A DNA stretch of 64,000 nucleotides from Acidobacteriota bacterium. GTDB taxonomy: Bacteria; Acidobacteriota; UBA6911. Below, in pieces: positions 1 to 10,113 of this stretch. Numbering within the stretch: position 1 is the first letter of the stretch; each line of letters begins with the position of its first letter. A program made the position numbers and the translations under genes. The stretch covers positions 160,001 through 224,000 of the forward strand of contig OY761556.1 of NCBI GenBank assembly GCA_963664705.1, given 5' to 3'. The notes below the pieces were generated by a model that was not told the origin of the DNA, made no database searches, and saw only the letters and a program-made list of their open reading frames with translations.

Positions 1-1049
1 TTTCGCAAAAGATAGGCAAAGATCGGAGCCCCGATGATTGCGGTCAGAATCCCGATGGGGATTTCGGTTTCCATCGCCGTCCTGGCAATGAGATCGACGC
101 TTACAAGATAAATGGCGCCGATGAGTGCGGACACCGGCAGCAGATACTTGTTGTCCGCGCCGACGAGTATTCGGCCAATATGCGGAATCACCAGTCCCAC
201 CCATCCGATAACCCCGCTGATGCAGACAGCCGCGGCCGAAATCAGCGTCGCGGAAATGATAATGATGCCGCGGATCTGGCCCGTGTTGACGCCAAGAGCG
301 CGCGCATCTTCTTCCCCCATCGTCAGAAGATTGATTCGCCAGCGGATGAGATATAAGGCAACGATACCGGCCACGATTATTGGCCCCACCACTGCGATAT
401 CTCTGTTTGAGGCGTTGTTCAGCGATCCCAATAACCAGAATACGATCGAAGGCATCTGGTTGACCGGGTCCGCGATGTATTTCATCAGGGATGTAGCTGC
501 CGAAAAGAGCGCTCCGATAATGATTCCCGCGAGAACCAGCATCAAAACGGGCGTGCTGCGATAGGTTCGGCTCAACGCATAGGTCAGGAATACGGCAGCC
601 AGTCCAAAGACGAACGAAAGCAATTGGACCATGAAGACGTTGCCGAAGAAAAGGATGCCGATAGCGGCTCCGAATCCGGCCCCGGCCGATACTCCCAGGA
701 TATGAGGAGAAACGAGCGGATTCCGGAACAGCCCTTGAAACGAGGCTCCGGAAATGGAGAGACCTGCGCCAATCAGCAGGCCTGCCAGGAGACGGGGCAA
801 CCGTACATCGATAACCACGGATTCCAATGTCGCCGGCCAGTCAGCCTGCAATGTTGAGATGCGGGAAACCAGGATCTTGAGGATCAGTCCCGGCCGAATG
901 TGCATCTGCCCCGATATCAGGGAAACAATGCAGATGGCGAAAACCGCTGCGACAAGAAATAGCTGCAGTTTTCGCGGCTCGAAGAGATGTTCTCCGCGGG
1001 CTGGATTCACGCCCGCTGGAGTTGCGTGCTGCTGCGACGCCGGGCTCAT
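1..1049 (-). CDS. FecCD/BtuC-family ABC permease (3' end runs off the window)
   Basis: Absent from the ORF track because it has no stop in the window. Manual minus-strand translation from ATG 1049 gives VRLPR, FQGLFRNPLVSP, GWVGLVIPH and EIPIGILTAIIGAP. ATGA overlap with the upstream SBP stop. Confidence 0.93.
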   Translation of the reverse strand, partial: MSPASQQHATPAGVNPARGEHLFEPRKLQLFLVAAVFAICIVSLISGQMHIRPGLILKILVSRISTLQADWPATLESVVIDVRLPRLLAGLLIGAGLSISGASFQGLFRNPLVSPHILGVSAGAGFGAAIGILFFGNVFMVQLLSFVFGLAAVFLTYALSRTYRSTPVLMLVLAGIIIGALFSAATSLMKYIADPVNQMPSIVFWLLGSLNNASNRDIAVVGPIIVAGIVALYLIRWRINLLTMGEEDARALGVNTGQIRGIIIISATLISAAAVCISGVIGWVGLVIPHIGRILVGADNKYLLPVSALIGAIYLVSVDLIARTAMETEIPIGILTAIIGAPIFAYLLR

Positions 1050-2122
1050 TTCTTGGGACCGGGTCCGAAGGCAACGGCGTATCTGGCCGTCAGGATGGAC
1101 TGCGCTTGCTCGTCGTTCAAGTTAAAGGACATGATTTCGCCGTAAAACTTTTTTACCTCCTGAACCATATCGATATCTTTGAAGAGTTCCGGATAGGCGG
1201 TCTTTGCAAGCCACAGAGGATGAAGCACGGCCGATTCCGCAGTCGGCCTGTCCATGATAAACACGCCGACCGGTTGCTTGTATACCGCCCTGTTTCTGAC
1301 CGCATTAATGCTCTTCCATTTTGGATCGTTGTAGATGTCGGCCGGCGATCCGAAATCGATAACCAGTATGTCCGGATTCCAGCCCAGAACCTTTTCCATC
1401 GAGACTTCGGCCAGGCCTATATGCAGCCCTTCTTTCATGCCGCTCGATCGAATGGATTCCGCCGCATTCCGGCAGCCGGCCAGTTCAAAATGCTGCTGCA
1501 TGAAGGTGTCGCCACCCAGGGTAACGAGGTGATTGGCGCTGTAGCCGTTGAAGACAAGTTTGCGCTGGTTCTTGGCCAGTTTATCCGTGCGTGATTTGAC
1601 GAGATCGATCGTTTTTTGAAGATACGCCACATACTTTTCGGCCCGCGGTTCCTTCTGGAAGATTCGGCCGTAAAAGCGTATTTCCTCTTTTACCGCATCG
1701 AAAGTCTGACTCATCGAGCTTCCGAGGTATGCGACAGGAATGCGCGTCTTTTTTTCCACGATGGATCCATCAAGGTCTCCGGCAATGACAAGTTGGGGAT
1801 CGGTTGAAATAAGCTCTTCCACGTTGACCTGGCCGCTGGTGGTCCGGGGCGTTGCCAGATTCTTCACACTCGGGTCCATCTGGTTGACGAGTTCTGAGGT
1901 GGTCAGCGATTTTGTGACGGCGCACAGCTGTCCGCGCGCGCCCAGGATATAGGCGATCTGACCGGTCGGTCCGCCCAAGAGAGCCACCCTTTTCAAGGGA
2001 TCCGGCACCTGAACCTTCCGTCCCATCATATCGGTAATGGTTCGTGTTTTGTCCGCTCCGAAAGCAGTGATAAGGATGGTGCCGGCAATCGCGATCAGAA
2101 TGATGTTTCGATTGTGTTTCAA
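1046..2122 (-). CDS. FecB/BtuF-like (TroA superfamily) ABC substrate-binding protein
   Basis: Signal peptide, ITDMMGRKV, NVEELISTDPQLV, WNPDIL, AVRNRAVY, LWLAKTAYPELF. TTG start. Confidence 0.9.
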   Translation of the reverse strand: MKHNRNIILIAIAGTILITAFGADKTRTITDMMGRKVQVPDPLKRVALLGGPTGQIAYILGARGQLCAVTKSLTTSELVNQMDPSVKNLATPRTTSGQVNVEELISTDPQLVIAGDLDGSIVEKKTRIPVAYLGSSMSQTFDAVKEEIRFYGRIFQKEPRAEKYVAYLQKTIDLVKSRTDKLAKNQRKLVFNGYSANHLVTLGGDTFMQQHFELAGCRNAAESIRSSGMKEGLHIGLAEVSMEKVLGWNPDILVIDFGSPADIYNDPKWKSINAVRNRAVYKQPVGVFIMDRPTAESAVLHPLWLAKTAYPELFKDIDMVQEVKKFYGEIMSFNLNDEQAQSILTARYAVAFGPGPKK

Positions 2123-2334
2123 GGTTTACGCTCCTGCAGATTTCTTTCCGAAAACCGTACCTGATACCGGCGCGGATTTTGCTCGTCGCTCCCCGTTCCT
2201 TCGAAGGAAGTCACTGTAGCATGTTATTTTTCGTGCCTGAAAGAAATACTTTGTCTGATAATGTTCGTATTTTCAGCGCAAGGCGCAGATTGAATCATAA
2301 ATAGCATCAGGCCGGAAACGGCTGGGAGACAAGG

Positions 2335-3534
2335 ATGAAGAAAGGCAATGTTACGATAGCTTTGCTAAGCCTGATGTTGGCTGCGGGCTTGATAATTCTG
2401 ACAGGTTCTGCCCAGGAAAAGATTAAATCCAGGGCATATGTGGGCCATGAAAACGATCGGGATGTTCAGAACTTCGTGCAGCAATATCCGAAGACTGTGG
2501 GGACAAGACTGGATGACTGTCAGACCTGTCATCGCAGCGGCGCATCAGGCACGGATACGGAGCGGGAGTATAGCCCGTGCGGATACTGTCATTTACTTCA
2601 ATATCCAAACTCGAAATACAAAACCGGCGTACCGAAGAGTTTTGAGGATACCCTCAATGCCTTTGGCCTGGCCTATAAGAAGGAAGGCCGGACTGCCAAG
2701 GCTCTCGCCAACCTGGGTAATGCCGATTCTGATGGTGACGGCTTTGCCAACGCGAAGGAAATTGCGGAACTCCGGTATCCCGGCGATGCGGGTAGCCGCC
2801 CGGGCCAGCCGATCGCGCCCATCAAAACTCTGAATTGGGGCGATATTTCAAAGCTTCCTCGCCAAAGTCAATTCATGCTGATGAATACAACTTCCGAGCC
2901 ATTTGACGATTATGCAAGCTATGGTGGTGTTCGAGTCAAGGACCTGCTGGAAGCGGCGCATATCGATTTGAAGGGATCGACGGGCATCACGGTTTTCGCC
3001 CCGGATGGATACAGCGTCGACTACTCGCTGGATGATGTGATGGGGCCTTTCCCAAAGCCATATTTTTATGCGGCACCCGGAAGCATTCAGGATAAGGAAA
3101 AGGCATTTGTCAAATACCCGGAATCGCTGCCCTCAGGGGTACAGGACGGGAAAGAGATTCCTGCGGTGCCATGGCTTCTGATCGCGTTTGAGAGGGACGG
3201 GAAGCCGCTGGACAGTGCGCAGTATGAAAAAGGGACCGGGCGGCTTGCCGGTGAAGGGCCCTATCGCCTGATCAAGCCACAAAGAGATTTGACTGCGGGC
3301 GACCCGTCCAAACCGGGACGTCCGGATCGATCTGTAAAGTCCAAGGTCTTCGGAGATGGGTGGGATTTTTCGAAGGCGATTGATCACAATGCCGGGTCGT
3401 GCATTCGCGGGGCAACGGCGATTCGCATTAATCCCATGCCTTCCGGCTTTGAGGAATATGACTGGAAAAATGGGTGGCCCCTGGTCGCCGGGCGACAGAT
3501 CGTCATTTTTGGCAAGGGCGTTCCCAGGAAGTAA
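2335..3534 (+). CDS. Exported diheme c-type cytochrome with a C-terminal sulfite-oxidase Moco-domain-like region (GEGP-motif diheme protein)
   Basis: Signal peptide; CQTCH and CGYCH heme motifs; DSDGDG Ca-type loop; YGGVRVKDLL, APDGYS, AFERDGKPL, GEGPYRL. Confidence 0.8.
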   Translation: MKKGNVTIALLSLMLAAGLIILTGSAQEKIKSRAYVGHENDRDVQNFVQQYPKTVGTRLDDCQTCHRSGASGTDTEREYSPCGYCHLLQYPNSKYKTGVPKSFEDTLNAFGLAYKKEGRTAKALANLGNADSDGDGFANAKEIAELRYPGDAGSRPGQPIAPIKTLNWGDISKLPRQSQFMLMNTTSEPFDDYASYGGVRVKDLLEAAHIDLKGSTGITVFAPDGYSVDYSLDDVMGPFPKPYFYAAPGSIQDKEKAFVKYPESLPSGVQDGKEIPAVPWLLIAFERDGKPLDSAQYEKGTGRLAGEGPYRLIKPQRDLTAGDPSKPGRPDRSVKSKVFGDGWDFSKAIDHNAGSCIRGATAIRINPMPSGFEEYDWKNGWPLVAGRQIVIFGKGVPRK

Positions 3535-3544
3535 CAAACTGGGA

Positions 3545-3705
3545 GCGGTGGCAAAAAGGCGTGCCCGAGTGAGAACCTTGAGGCGCGTCAGTTTGCCACC
3601 GCCCTCCGATGAGCTTCGCCCTCGACCAATCGTATGCAGCATTGGCCGTCCCGGTGGCACCAATGTCGTGGAGGCGGCCACGCTCTTTCCGGCGAGACGA
3701 TGGCG
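3545..3705. repeat. Intergenic palindromic/REP-like segment
   Basis: GCGGTGGCAAA...TTTGCCACCGC inverted arms (3545-3602). 3652-3681 matches the reverse complement of 59602-59631 at 24/30 nt. Confidence 0.45.
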
Positions 3706-3730
3706 CTCGCGGCATTTCTCCGGAGGGAAA

Positions 3731-4810
3731 ATGCGCTTTTTCAAAGTAGCGGTAATTTTTTCCGTCGTGGTTTGTTGTGCTTTGAACGCTCTTGCCGAAA
3801 ACAAACCACTTGCGATTCGCGATGCCGCCGGACGTGTGGTTAAGCTCTCGCGGTTGCCCCAAAGGATTGTTGTCATTGGGCGCATCCCGTTTATGACGCT
3901 GCATCTGTTGTACGCGTTTCCGGAGGGGCGCCAGCGTTTTGTGGCCAGCGAAAGAAAGGGCTCCAGTACTCCCAGTGACTTCCTGCCTCTGGTGGATCCG
4001 GCATTTGCCCGCAAACCTGTACTGGCTCCGGGCCCCAACGTCGAGGAAATTGCCAGCCTCAATCCTGACATTGTCCTGCTGAAAGGTACTTCGGTCGACA
4101 AAGCCAGCGAGTCTTTGGAAAAGATCGGGATCCCAACCTTTTACCTTGCGTTGGAGACTCCGGATCAATTCCTTCAGGATGTGACAAATCTCGGGCTCAT
4201 TCTCGGGAACACTAAAAGAGCCGAGGAGATCCGGGGCTTTTACCAGGTACGCATGGAGCGGATGCAAAAAAGACTGGCCGGCGTTTCAGATCAGAAAAAG
4301 CCGCGCGTGCTCCTTGTGGAGTATAGCAATCGGGGGAACAAAGTTGCCGTTCAGGTTCCTTCGAGAACATGGATGCAAACTCAGCAGGTTCAAATGGCGG
4401 GCGGGTATCCTGTCTGGCTTGAGGCGGTTCAAGGGACAGAAGGCTATTCCATTGTCAATATTGAACAGATTGCACGATGGAACCCGGAACAGATCTTTGT
4501 TGTCGTCTGGTACCTGTTGGATCCGGCCCAGATTATTCGCGGGATGAAAACCGACCCGCAATGGTCAGCGCTCAAGGCGGTTGCGAATGCCCAAGTCTAT
4601 GGGTTCCCGACCGATATTGTTGGCTGGGATACAGCCGATGTGCGCTGGATTTTGGGCGCGGAGTGGCTTGCCACCCGTGTTCACCCCACGCGCTTCAAGG
4701 ATATCGACATGAAGGCGGAGATTATGGCGCTCTTCGGCCAGTTATTTGGAATGAGCCGTGCAGCCATCGAGTCCGGCATACTTCCCCAGGTAAAGATGGA
4801 TGTCCACTAA
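3731..4810 (+). CDS. FecB/BtuF-like ABC substrate-binding protein
   Basis: True start MRFFKVAV after GGAGGG RBS; signal peptide; RDAAGRVV, NVEEIASLNPD, EQIARWNPE. Confidence 0.9.
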   Translation: MRFFKVAVIFSVVVCCALNALAENKPLAIRDAAGRVVKLSRLPQRIVVIGRIPFMTLHLLYAFPEGRQRFVASERKGSSTPSDFLPLVDPAFARKPVLAPGPNVEEIASLNPDIVLLKGTSVDKASESLEKIGIPTFYLALETPDQFLQDVTNLGLILGNTKRAEEIRGFYQVRMERMQKRLAGVSDQKKPRVLLVEYSNRGNKVAVQVPSRTWMQTQQVQMAGGYPVWLEAVQGTEGYSIVNIEQIARWNPEQIFVVVWYLLDPAQIIRGMKTDPQWSALKAVANAQVYGFPTDIVGWDTADVRWILGAEWLATRVHPTRFKDIDMKAEIMALFGQLFGMSRAAIESGILPQVKMDVH

Positions 4811-5816
4811 AGACATGCCCGGTTCAGGAGAACGCGAAGCCCTGGCAAGAGTCTCCTGCATTGCATGCCTGCTCCTGGCCATATTTATTCTTTCGGTTTT
4901 CATCGGACGCTATCCCGGACCTTACTTCACAAATCCGGCAGTATTGGGCGAAGATTCGCTTGCCAGGCGACTTCTGCTCAATTTGAGGTTGCCGCGCGTG
5001 ATCATGGCAATGCTGGTCGGCATGGTTCTCTCCGCATCCGGCACAGTTTTCCAGATGGTATTTCGAAACCCGCTTGTTGATTCAGGGTTTCTTGGCGTCT
5101 CCGCGGGAGCATCCTTTGGCGCTTCCCTGGCGATTGTACTGCTGGGAGGCACGACGTGGACTGTGCAGAGTTGTGCCGCGCTGTTCGGCTTGATGGGATT
5201 GGCTTGTTCTTACTTCCTGGGTACAAAGATCCGCTTTGGCGACTGGGTGTTACGCCTGCTTTTATCGGGGATCGCGGTTTCAGCAGTCTATACGTCGGGA
5301 ACCGGGCTGCTCAAATACCTGGCTGATCCGCTGAAAGAGCTTCCGGATGTTACCTTCTGGCTGCTGGGCGGAATTTGGGGGATTACCTGGAAGGATCTGT
5401 TTCAAGTTCTACCCGTGGCCATTCCCTGCCTGGTTGTTCTCTATCTGTTGCGCTGGCGGTTGAATCTGCTGTCGATGCGGGATGAGACGGCATTTTCCTT
5501 GGGCGTGGCGGCTGGACGCGAAAGGATGATTCTGCTGCTCGCGGCAGTGATCTCCACCACCGCCATGGTTTCAAAGGCCGGGCTGATAGCATGGGTAGGC
5601 TTGATCGTTCCGCACCTTGCACGGCGCTGGCTCGGCTCGGATGCCCAGCGCTCTCTCCCTGGTTCAATGGCCATGGGCGGCTTGTTTGTATTGCTTTGCG
5701 ATGATGTTGCCCGCACTCTTTTGCCGGGCGAAATACCCCTCGGCATTTTGTCATCGGCCGTTGGCGCGGCCGTCTTTGTCGCCCTCATGCTCAGACGGGA
5801 CTGGAGGGCACGTTGA
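4800..5816 (+). CDS. FecCD-family ABC permease
   Basis: LRLPR, FRNPLV, WVGLIVPH, GEIPLGI; multiple TM segments. Confidence 0.93.
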   Translation: MSTKDMPGSGEREALARVSCIACLLLAIFILSVFIGRYPGPYFTNPAVLGEDSLARRLLLNLRLPRVIMAMLVGMVLSASGTVFQMVFRNPLVDSGFLGVSAGASFGASLAIVLLGGTTWTVQSCAALFGLMGLACSYFLGTKIRFGDWVLRLLLSGIAVSAVYTSGTGLLKYLADPLKELPDVTFWLLGGIWGITWKDLFQVLPVAIPCLVVLYLLRWRLNLLSMRDETAFSLGVAAGRERMILLLAAVISTTAMVSKAGLIAWVGLIVPHLARRWLGSDAQRSLPGSMAMGGLFVLLCDDVARTLLPGEIPLGILSSAVGAAVFVALMLRRDWRAR

Positions 5817-6649
5817 TGAACCGAGAATGCCCGGTTGTCAGTCTGGAAAGAGTTTCTTTCCGATATGCTCCTTCCGATCCGCTTGTCCTGGCAGATGTCC
5901 ATGTTGCGTTGCTCAAGCGCTCGATCACGGCGCTGCTCGGACCCAATGGTTCAGGGAAGAGTACGCTGCTGCATCTGATATTAGGTTTGCTGACTCCTGT
6001 CCAGGGCCAAATATGTCTTATGGGGCGTCCTCTTCAGAAATACAGCCGGAGAGAGTGCAGCAAGATTCTCGGCCTGGTTCCCCAGGACGAACAGGTGGCC
6101 TTCGATCTGAGCGTTCTCGAATATGTATTGCTCGGCAGGGCCCCTTATCTCAATCTGCTGGATAGACCGGGCGGAAAGGATCATCGCATTGCACGCGAGG
6201 CTCTGGCGACCGTCGGTTTAGCGGCGCTGCAGAATCGGCTGGTCCCTTCATTGAGCGGAGGGGAGCGTCAACTGGCGACTGTAGCACGGGCGCTGGCGCA
6301 GGAGACCGAAGTCCTGCTTCTTGACGAGCCCACATCTCATCTGGATCTCGGAAATGCAAGACGCATCCTGGCAGGGCTCCGCGCGCTGAAGGCTTCCGGT
6401 AAAACAATTGTCCTGACAACCCACGATCCCAATGCCGCAGCGGCGATAGCGGATCACGTTATTTTGCTTCGCGGTGGGCAGGTGCTGTCTTCAGGAACCA
6501 CCGAAGAGGTTATGACATCGGAGCAGCTCAGCGCTGCCTATGGAGTCAATGTTGAGGTGATGCAGGTGCACGACAGAAGGTGGGTTTTGACCCACGCCTC
6601 GCCCAATGACCTGCGGTCCGACTTTGAATGTATTCAGGAGACGAACTAA
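5813..6649 (+). CDS. FecE-like ABC ATPase
   Basis: GPNGSGKST, LSGGERQ, LLLDEPTSHLD, H-loop TTHD. Confidence 0.95.
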   Translation: MMNRECPVVSLERVSFRYAPSDPLVLADVHVALLKRSITALLGPNGSGKSTLLHLILGLLTPVQGQICLMGRPLQKYSRRECSKILGLVPQDEQVAFDLSVLEYVLLGRAPYLNLLDRPGGKDHRIAREALATVGLAALQNRLVPSLSGGERQLATVARALAQETEVLLLDEPTSHLDLGNARRILAGLRALKASGKTIVLTTHDPNAAAAIADHVILLRGGQVLSSGTTEEVMTSEQLSAAYGVNVEVMQVHDRRWVLTHASPNDLRSDFECIQETN

Positions 6650-7491
6650 TGCAAAAGGCACTGGATTACCTTGAACTCTGGCGCGAATTGTCAACGCGGC
6701 AGGAATCGGCGTGGCTTTCCAAAGGATCGAAGGGTTCCGAAGACATGTGGCGGAATAGAGCAGAGTTTTTTAACACGGAAGTCAAGAGACGGTGGGCTAC
6801 CCCGGATTCCAGTCGCGATTTTGTCACTGCCCAATTGCGTGCCAACCCGGAGTGGACAGCCCTGGATATTGGGGGAGGTACGGGTGCATGGGCCGTCCTG
6901 ATGGCGCAGTGCGCACGACGCGTCACCGTGGTTGAACCCTCGCCGGCGATGCTGGATGTTCTGCGCAGAAATGTATCGGAGGCAAATGTCTCCAATATCG
7001 ATGTTCTGGAAAGCAAGTGGCCGGATGCTCAGGTTAAGAAACACGATCTGGTTTTGTGTTCGCAGGCAATGTTCGGGTTCGCAGATTTTGCCGGATTCAT
7101 CCACAGCGTTGAATCGGTAACGCGCAAACTGTGTGTTTTGATCATGCGTTCTCCAAGTCCGACGGACCTCCTTTGTGCGGCCACAGGGCATATCTATGGA
7201 CAGCCCTACGATAGTCCCAATTTTCAGGTTGGCTACAACGCCCTGCTGCAGATGGATATCTTTCCAAACGTGCAGATGGAAAACACCGGCCTATGGGATC
7301 CATGGATCAGTCAGAACCTGGATGAAGCCTTTGGCGAGGCGAAGAGTAGATTGGGCCTCCAGGGAGAGACTCGGTACGATGACTATTTACAGGATCTGCT
7401 GAGGCAAAATCTCAAAGAACGGGATGGCCGGCTGGAGTGGCCTCGCAGCACCCGCTCCGCCCTCCTTTATTGGACCCCCTCCAAGTCATGA
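6649..7491 (+). CDS. Class I SAM-dependent methyltransferase
   Basis: ALDIGGGTG, VEPSPAM, DLVLCS. ATG overlaps the ATPase stop (TAATG). Confidence 0.88.
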   Translation: MQKALDYLELWRELSTRQESAWLSKGSKGSEDMWRNRAEFFNTEVKRRWATPDSSRDFVTAQLRANPEWTALDIGGGTGAWAVLMAQCARRVTVVEPSPAMLDVLRRNVSEANVSNIDVLESKWPDAQVKKHDLVLCSQAMFGFADFAGFIHSVESVTRKLCVLIMRSPSPTDLLCAATGHIYGQPYDSPNFQVGYNALLQMDIFPNVQMENTGLWDPWISQNLDEAFGEAKSRLGLQGETRYDDYLQDLLRQNLKERDGRLEWPRSTRSALLYWTPSKS

Positions 7492-7555
7492 GTGCGAATT
7501 GCTGACGTTTAGGTTAGGACCCAGGCCTATCCCTGTCCGTAATCCCCGTATTTTA

Positions 7556-7590
7556 TTGACAAATAGTAATGTTTTGTCATTATTTGTAAT
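7556..7590 (+). promoter_or_regulatory. Putative promoter of the TonB receptor gene with 10-bp-phased operator repeats
   Basis: TTGACA 7556-7561; TAGTAAT, TTGTCAT, TTGTAAT at 7564, 7574, 7584. Confidence 0.6.
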
Positions 7591-7609
7591 TCTTTTGTGG
7601 AGAGGAGCT

Positions 7610-10033
7610 ATGCAAGCGAATAGAGTGAAAGTATACGTGTGTGTTCTGATGCTCTCCCTGCTGGTCCTTGGGACCTCGGCATTGCAGGCGCAGACGAAGC
7701 AGTTGCTTCAATGGTCGAGTGACCTGGCGTACCTGAAGGGTGCTTCCAGTGATGCGCTGAAAGACAGCAGCGCGGCCATCGTACAAATCCGAACCGGAGT
7801 TGATCTCTGGTTGAAGATGCATCCCAATGCAAAAATTGCATTAAAAGCTGCACCTGCAGAGCCCTGGAGTGCTGATGAATTGAAAAACCAGGTAAACCTG
7901 CTGTCGGAGGCGATTGAATCCATTCTGAAAGAGGATCCCAGTCGTCCTTTTGAAATGGGCGTGACGATGGTAGCGGTTACTGCCGAGGCCTCGCCATTGT
8001 CTCCGATTGCGGACAGCTTTGATCGCGGTGAAATCGTCAACCGGCAGGCGCTTACGGCGGCGGCCGCACTGGATTACCTCCCGGGCGTTGCCATTGATCA
8101 TGCGACTAATGGACGGAACGAATCATCGATTCGGTTGCGCGGATTCACCTCGAAAGGGCAGGTGCCTTTCTACATTGATGGCATTCCCGTCACCATGCCC
8201 TACGATGGGACCATCGATTTCGGCCGATTCCTTTCCAATGATATTGCAGAGATGCAGGTATCCAAGGGCTTTTCCTCTCCGCTGCTTGGCGCCAACGCAC
8301 TGGGTGGTTCCGTAAACCTTGTAACAAGGCAGCCGGAAAAGAAGATCCAGGGCGATGTGGCGATGGGGACCGGATCCGGCAATGCACTGCTTACCTCGGT
8401 CAATCTGGGATCGCGATGGCAGAAGTTCTACCTTCAGGGGACATTTGACTGGCTGCAAAGCGACTTTGTGCCCCTGTCCGGTAATTTCACGCCGAACAAT
8501 TTCCAGGCTACCAACGAGCGCAACAATTCAGATACGCGCGATGCAAAATACAGCGGTCGCTTGGCCTGGACGCCGAAGGGTGAAGACCAGTATGTGTTCA
8601 GCTGGATCAACCAGAAAGGCGAAAAGGGCGTCCCTCTTTACGCCGGACCGAACTCCGCTGCCACATTTAATGCATTTGCCTATCGGCGATGGCCTTATTG
8701 GAACAAGACCGGCTACTACCTGATCACAAATACGGGTTTGGGGGAGTCGAGTTCCATCAAGTTCCGGGCCTATTACGATGAATTCCCGAACGTAATGGAT
8801 TTTTACGACAACGCCACTTTTTCCACGATGGCGAAGACGTCCTCCAACCGCAGTTTTTACAATGATCACAGCGCCGGAGGGTCTGCGGAGTTCACCACGC
8901 GCTCGCTGAAGCGGAATCTCATCAGCGCGTCCTTTGTTCTCAGAGACGATAATCACCGGGAGCGGCTTGAATATCCTGCACTCTCGCCTTTCCCCTTCAT
9001 TTCACCGTCTTTGCTCAATAGATCGCAAACGTACTCGATCGGCTTTCAGGATGTAATTACGCTCACGTCACGACTGCGTGCCACATTCGGCTTCAGTGCA
9101 GATTACCTGAAGGGGATGCAGATCCAGAAACTCAACAGCGCGAATACCGGATTAATCTCGGTCACCTGTCAGGATAGTCCCCAGAATACGTCCTTCACCG
9201 GTTGCACGGCGCGCATATGGAATCACAACCCGCAGGCTTCTCTTTCTTACACGATTAGTTCCCGCGATACGGTGTTCTTTACCGTTTCCGATCGAGGTCG
9301 CTTCCCATTGCTGAAAGAAAGCTATTCCTATAGCTTGGGAAAGGGGATTCCGAATCCCGATTTGAAGCCGGAGCACAATACGAGTCTGAATTTTGGTTAT
9401 TCCCATGCATTCCCTGGGAAGACCGTGATGCAGGTTGAGTACTTCTACAATCGCCTGCGTAATGCAATTCAATCCGTATACATAAAGGATCCCGGTGGTA
9501 CCACGGCGCCGCTTTGTTCCAATACCGGGACGCAGGCCGGGTATTGCAGTCAGAACGTAAACGTTGCGAAGGAAACGCATCAGGGATATGAGGTCAGCCT
9601 GCGCAGCGCTCCTTTGCCGAGGCTGACATTCGATGTGAACTACAGCTACCTGAATCGTACGCTGCTTTATGATTTCGGCAGCCATGTCGACATAAACCAG
9701 GTGCTGACGTCGGTGCAAATCCTGCCGACTTATCCCAAAAACAAGGTGATCTTCAACGCCACGCTGCGGTTGCCCCACGACATCCTGGCCGTTGGAGCGT
9801 ATCGGTATGAAGGCGGCATCATCCTTCAGGATACGACTTACAAAACTTCACCTCAAAATCTGCCTTTTGCTACTTCCTATGGCACGGTGGATATTGGAGG
9901 CGTGATTCCGGTTCATGCCGGTTTCACCGCCCAGGTTGGGTTGAAGAATCTGTTTGATCGCAACTTTTACTATACAGCCGGCTTCCCCGAAGCAGGCCGT
10001 ACCTGGTATCTCAACGGGCGCTTCAAGTTTTAG
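7610..10033 (+). CDS. TonB-dependent outer-membrane receptor
   Basis: AGAGGAG RBS, signal peptide, plug motifs (LPGV, IRLRG, YIDGIP, GANALGGSVNLVT), NPDLKPE, KNLFDRNF, C-terminal F. Confidence 0.95.
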   Translation: MQANRVKVYVCVLMLSLLVLGTSALQAQTKQLLQWSSDLAYLKGASSDALKDSSAAIVQIRTGVDLWLKMHPNAKIALKAAPAEPWSADELKNQVNLLSEAIESILKEDPSRPFEMGVTMVAVTAEASPLSPIADSFDRGEIVNRQALTAAAALDYLPGVAIDHATNGRNESSIRLRGFTSKGQVPFYIDGIPVTMPYDGTIDFGRFLSNDIAEMQVSKGFSSPLLGANALGGSVNLVTRQPEKKIQGDVAMGTGSGNALLTSVNLGSRWQKFYLQGTFDWLQSDFVPLSGNFTPNNFQATNERNNSDTRDAKYSGRLAWTPKGEDQYVFSWINQKGEKGVPLYAGPNSAATFNAFAYRRWPYWNKTGYYLITNTGLGESSSIKFRAYYDEFPNVMDFYDNATFSTMAKTSSNRSFYNDHSAGGSAEFTTRSLKRNLISASFVLRDDNHRERLEYPALSPFPFISPSLLNRSQTYSIGFQDVITLTSRLRATFGFSADYLKGMQIQKLNSANTGLISVTCQDSPQNTSFTGCTARIWNHNPQASLSYTISSRDTVFFTVSDRGRFPLLKESYSYSLGKGIPNPDLKPEHNTSLNFGYSHAFPGKTVMQVEYFYNRLRNAIQSVYIKDPGGTTAPLCSNTGTQAGYCSQNVNVAKETHQGYEVSLRSAPLPRLTFDVNYSYLNRTLLYDFGSHVDINQVLTSVQILPTYPKNKVIFNATLRLPHDILAVGAYRYEGGIILQDTTYKTSPQNLPFATSYGTVDIGGVIPVHAGFTAQVGLKNLFDRNFYYTAGFPEAGRTWYLNGRFKF

Positions 10034-10054
10034 CCAGCGCTTCAGGTAATCCAG

Positions 10055-10101
10055 ACAGCCACGAATCACATGAAAGACATGTTGATTCGTGGCTGTTTTT
10101 T
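10055..10101 (+). terminator. Intrinsic terminator between the TonB receptor and the next SBP
   Basis: ACAGCCACGAATCA / TGATTCGTGGCTGT stem followed by a T run. Confidence 0.7.
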
Positions 10102-10113
10102 CATGAGGCTTTT

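Noticed and set aside
3356-3730. N-terminal extension of the 484-aa ORF
   Set aside because: It overlaps the upstream gene and a palindrome; the RBS and signal peptide place the start at 3731.
7424-7609. Extended N-terminus of the TonB receptor
   Set aside because: It runs through the promoter; a strong RBS supports 7610. Starts were trimmed the same way at 22841, 38166, 43380, 46764, 51496 and 52844.
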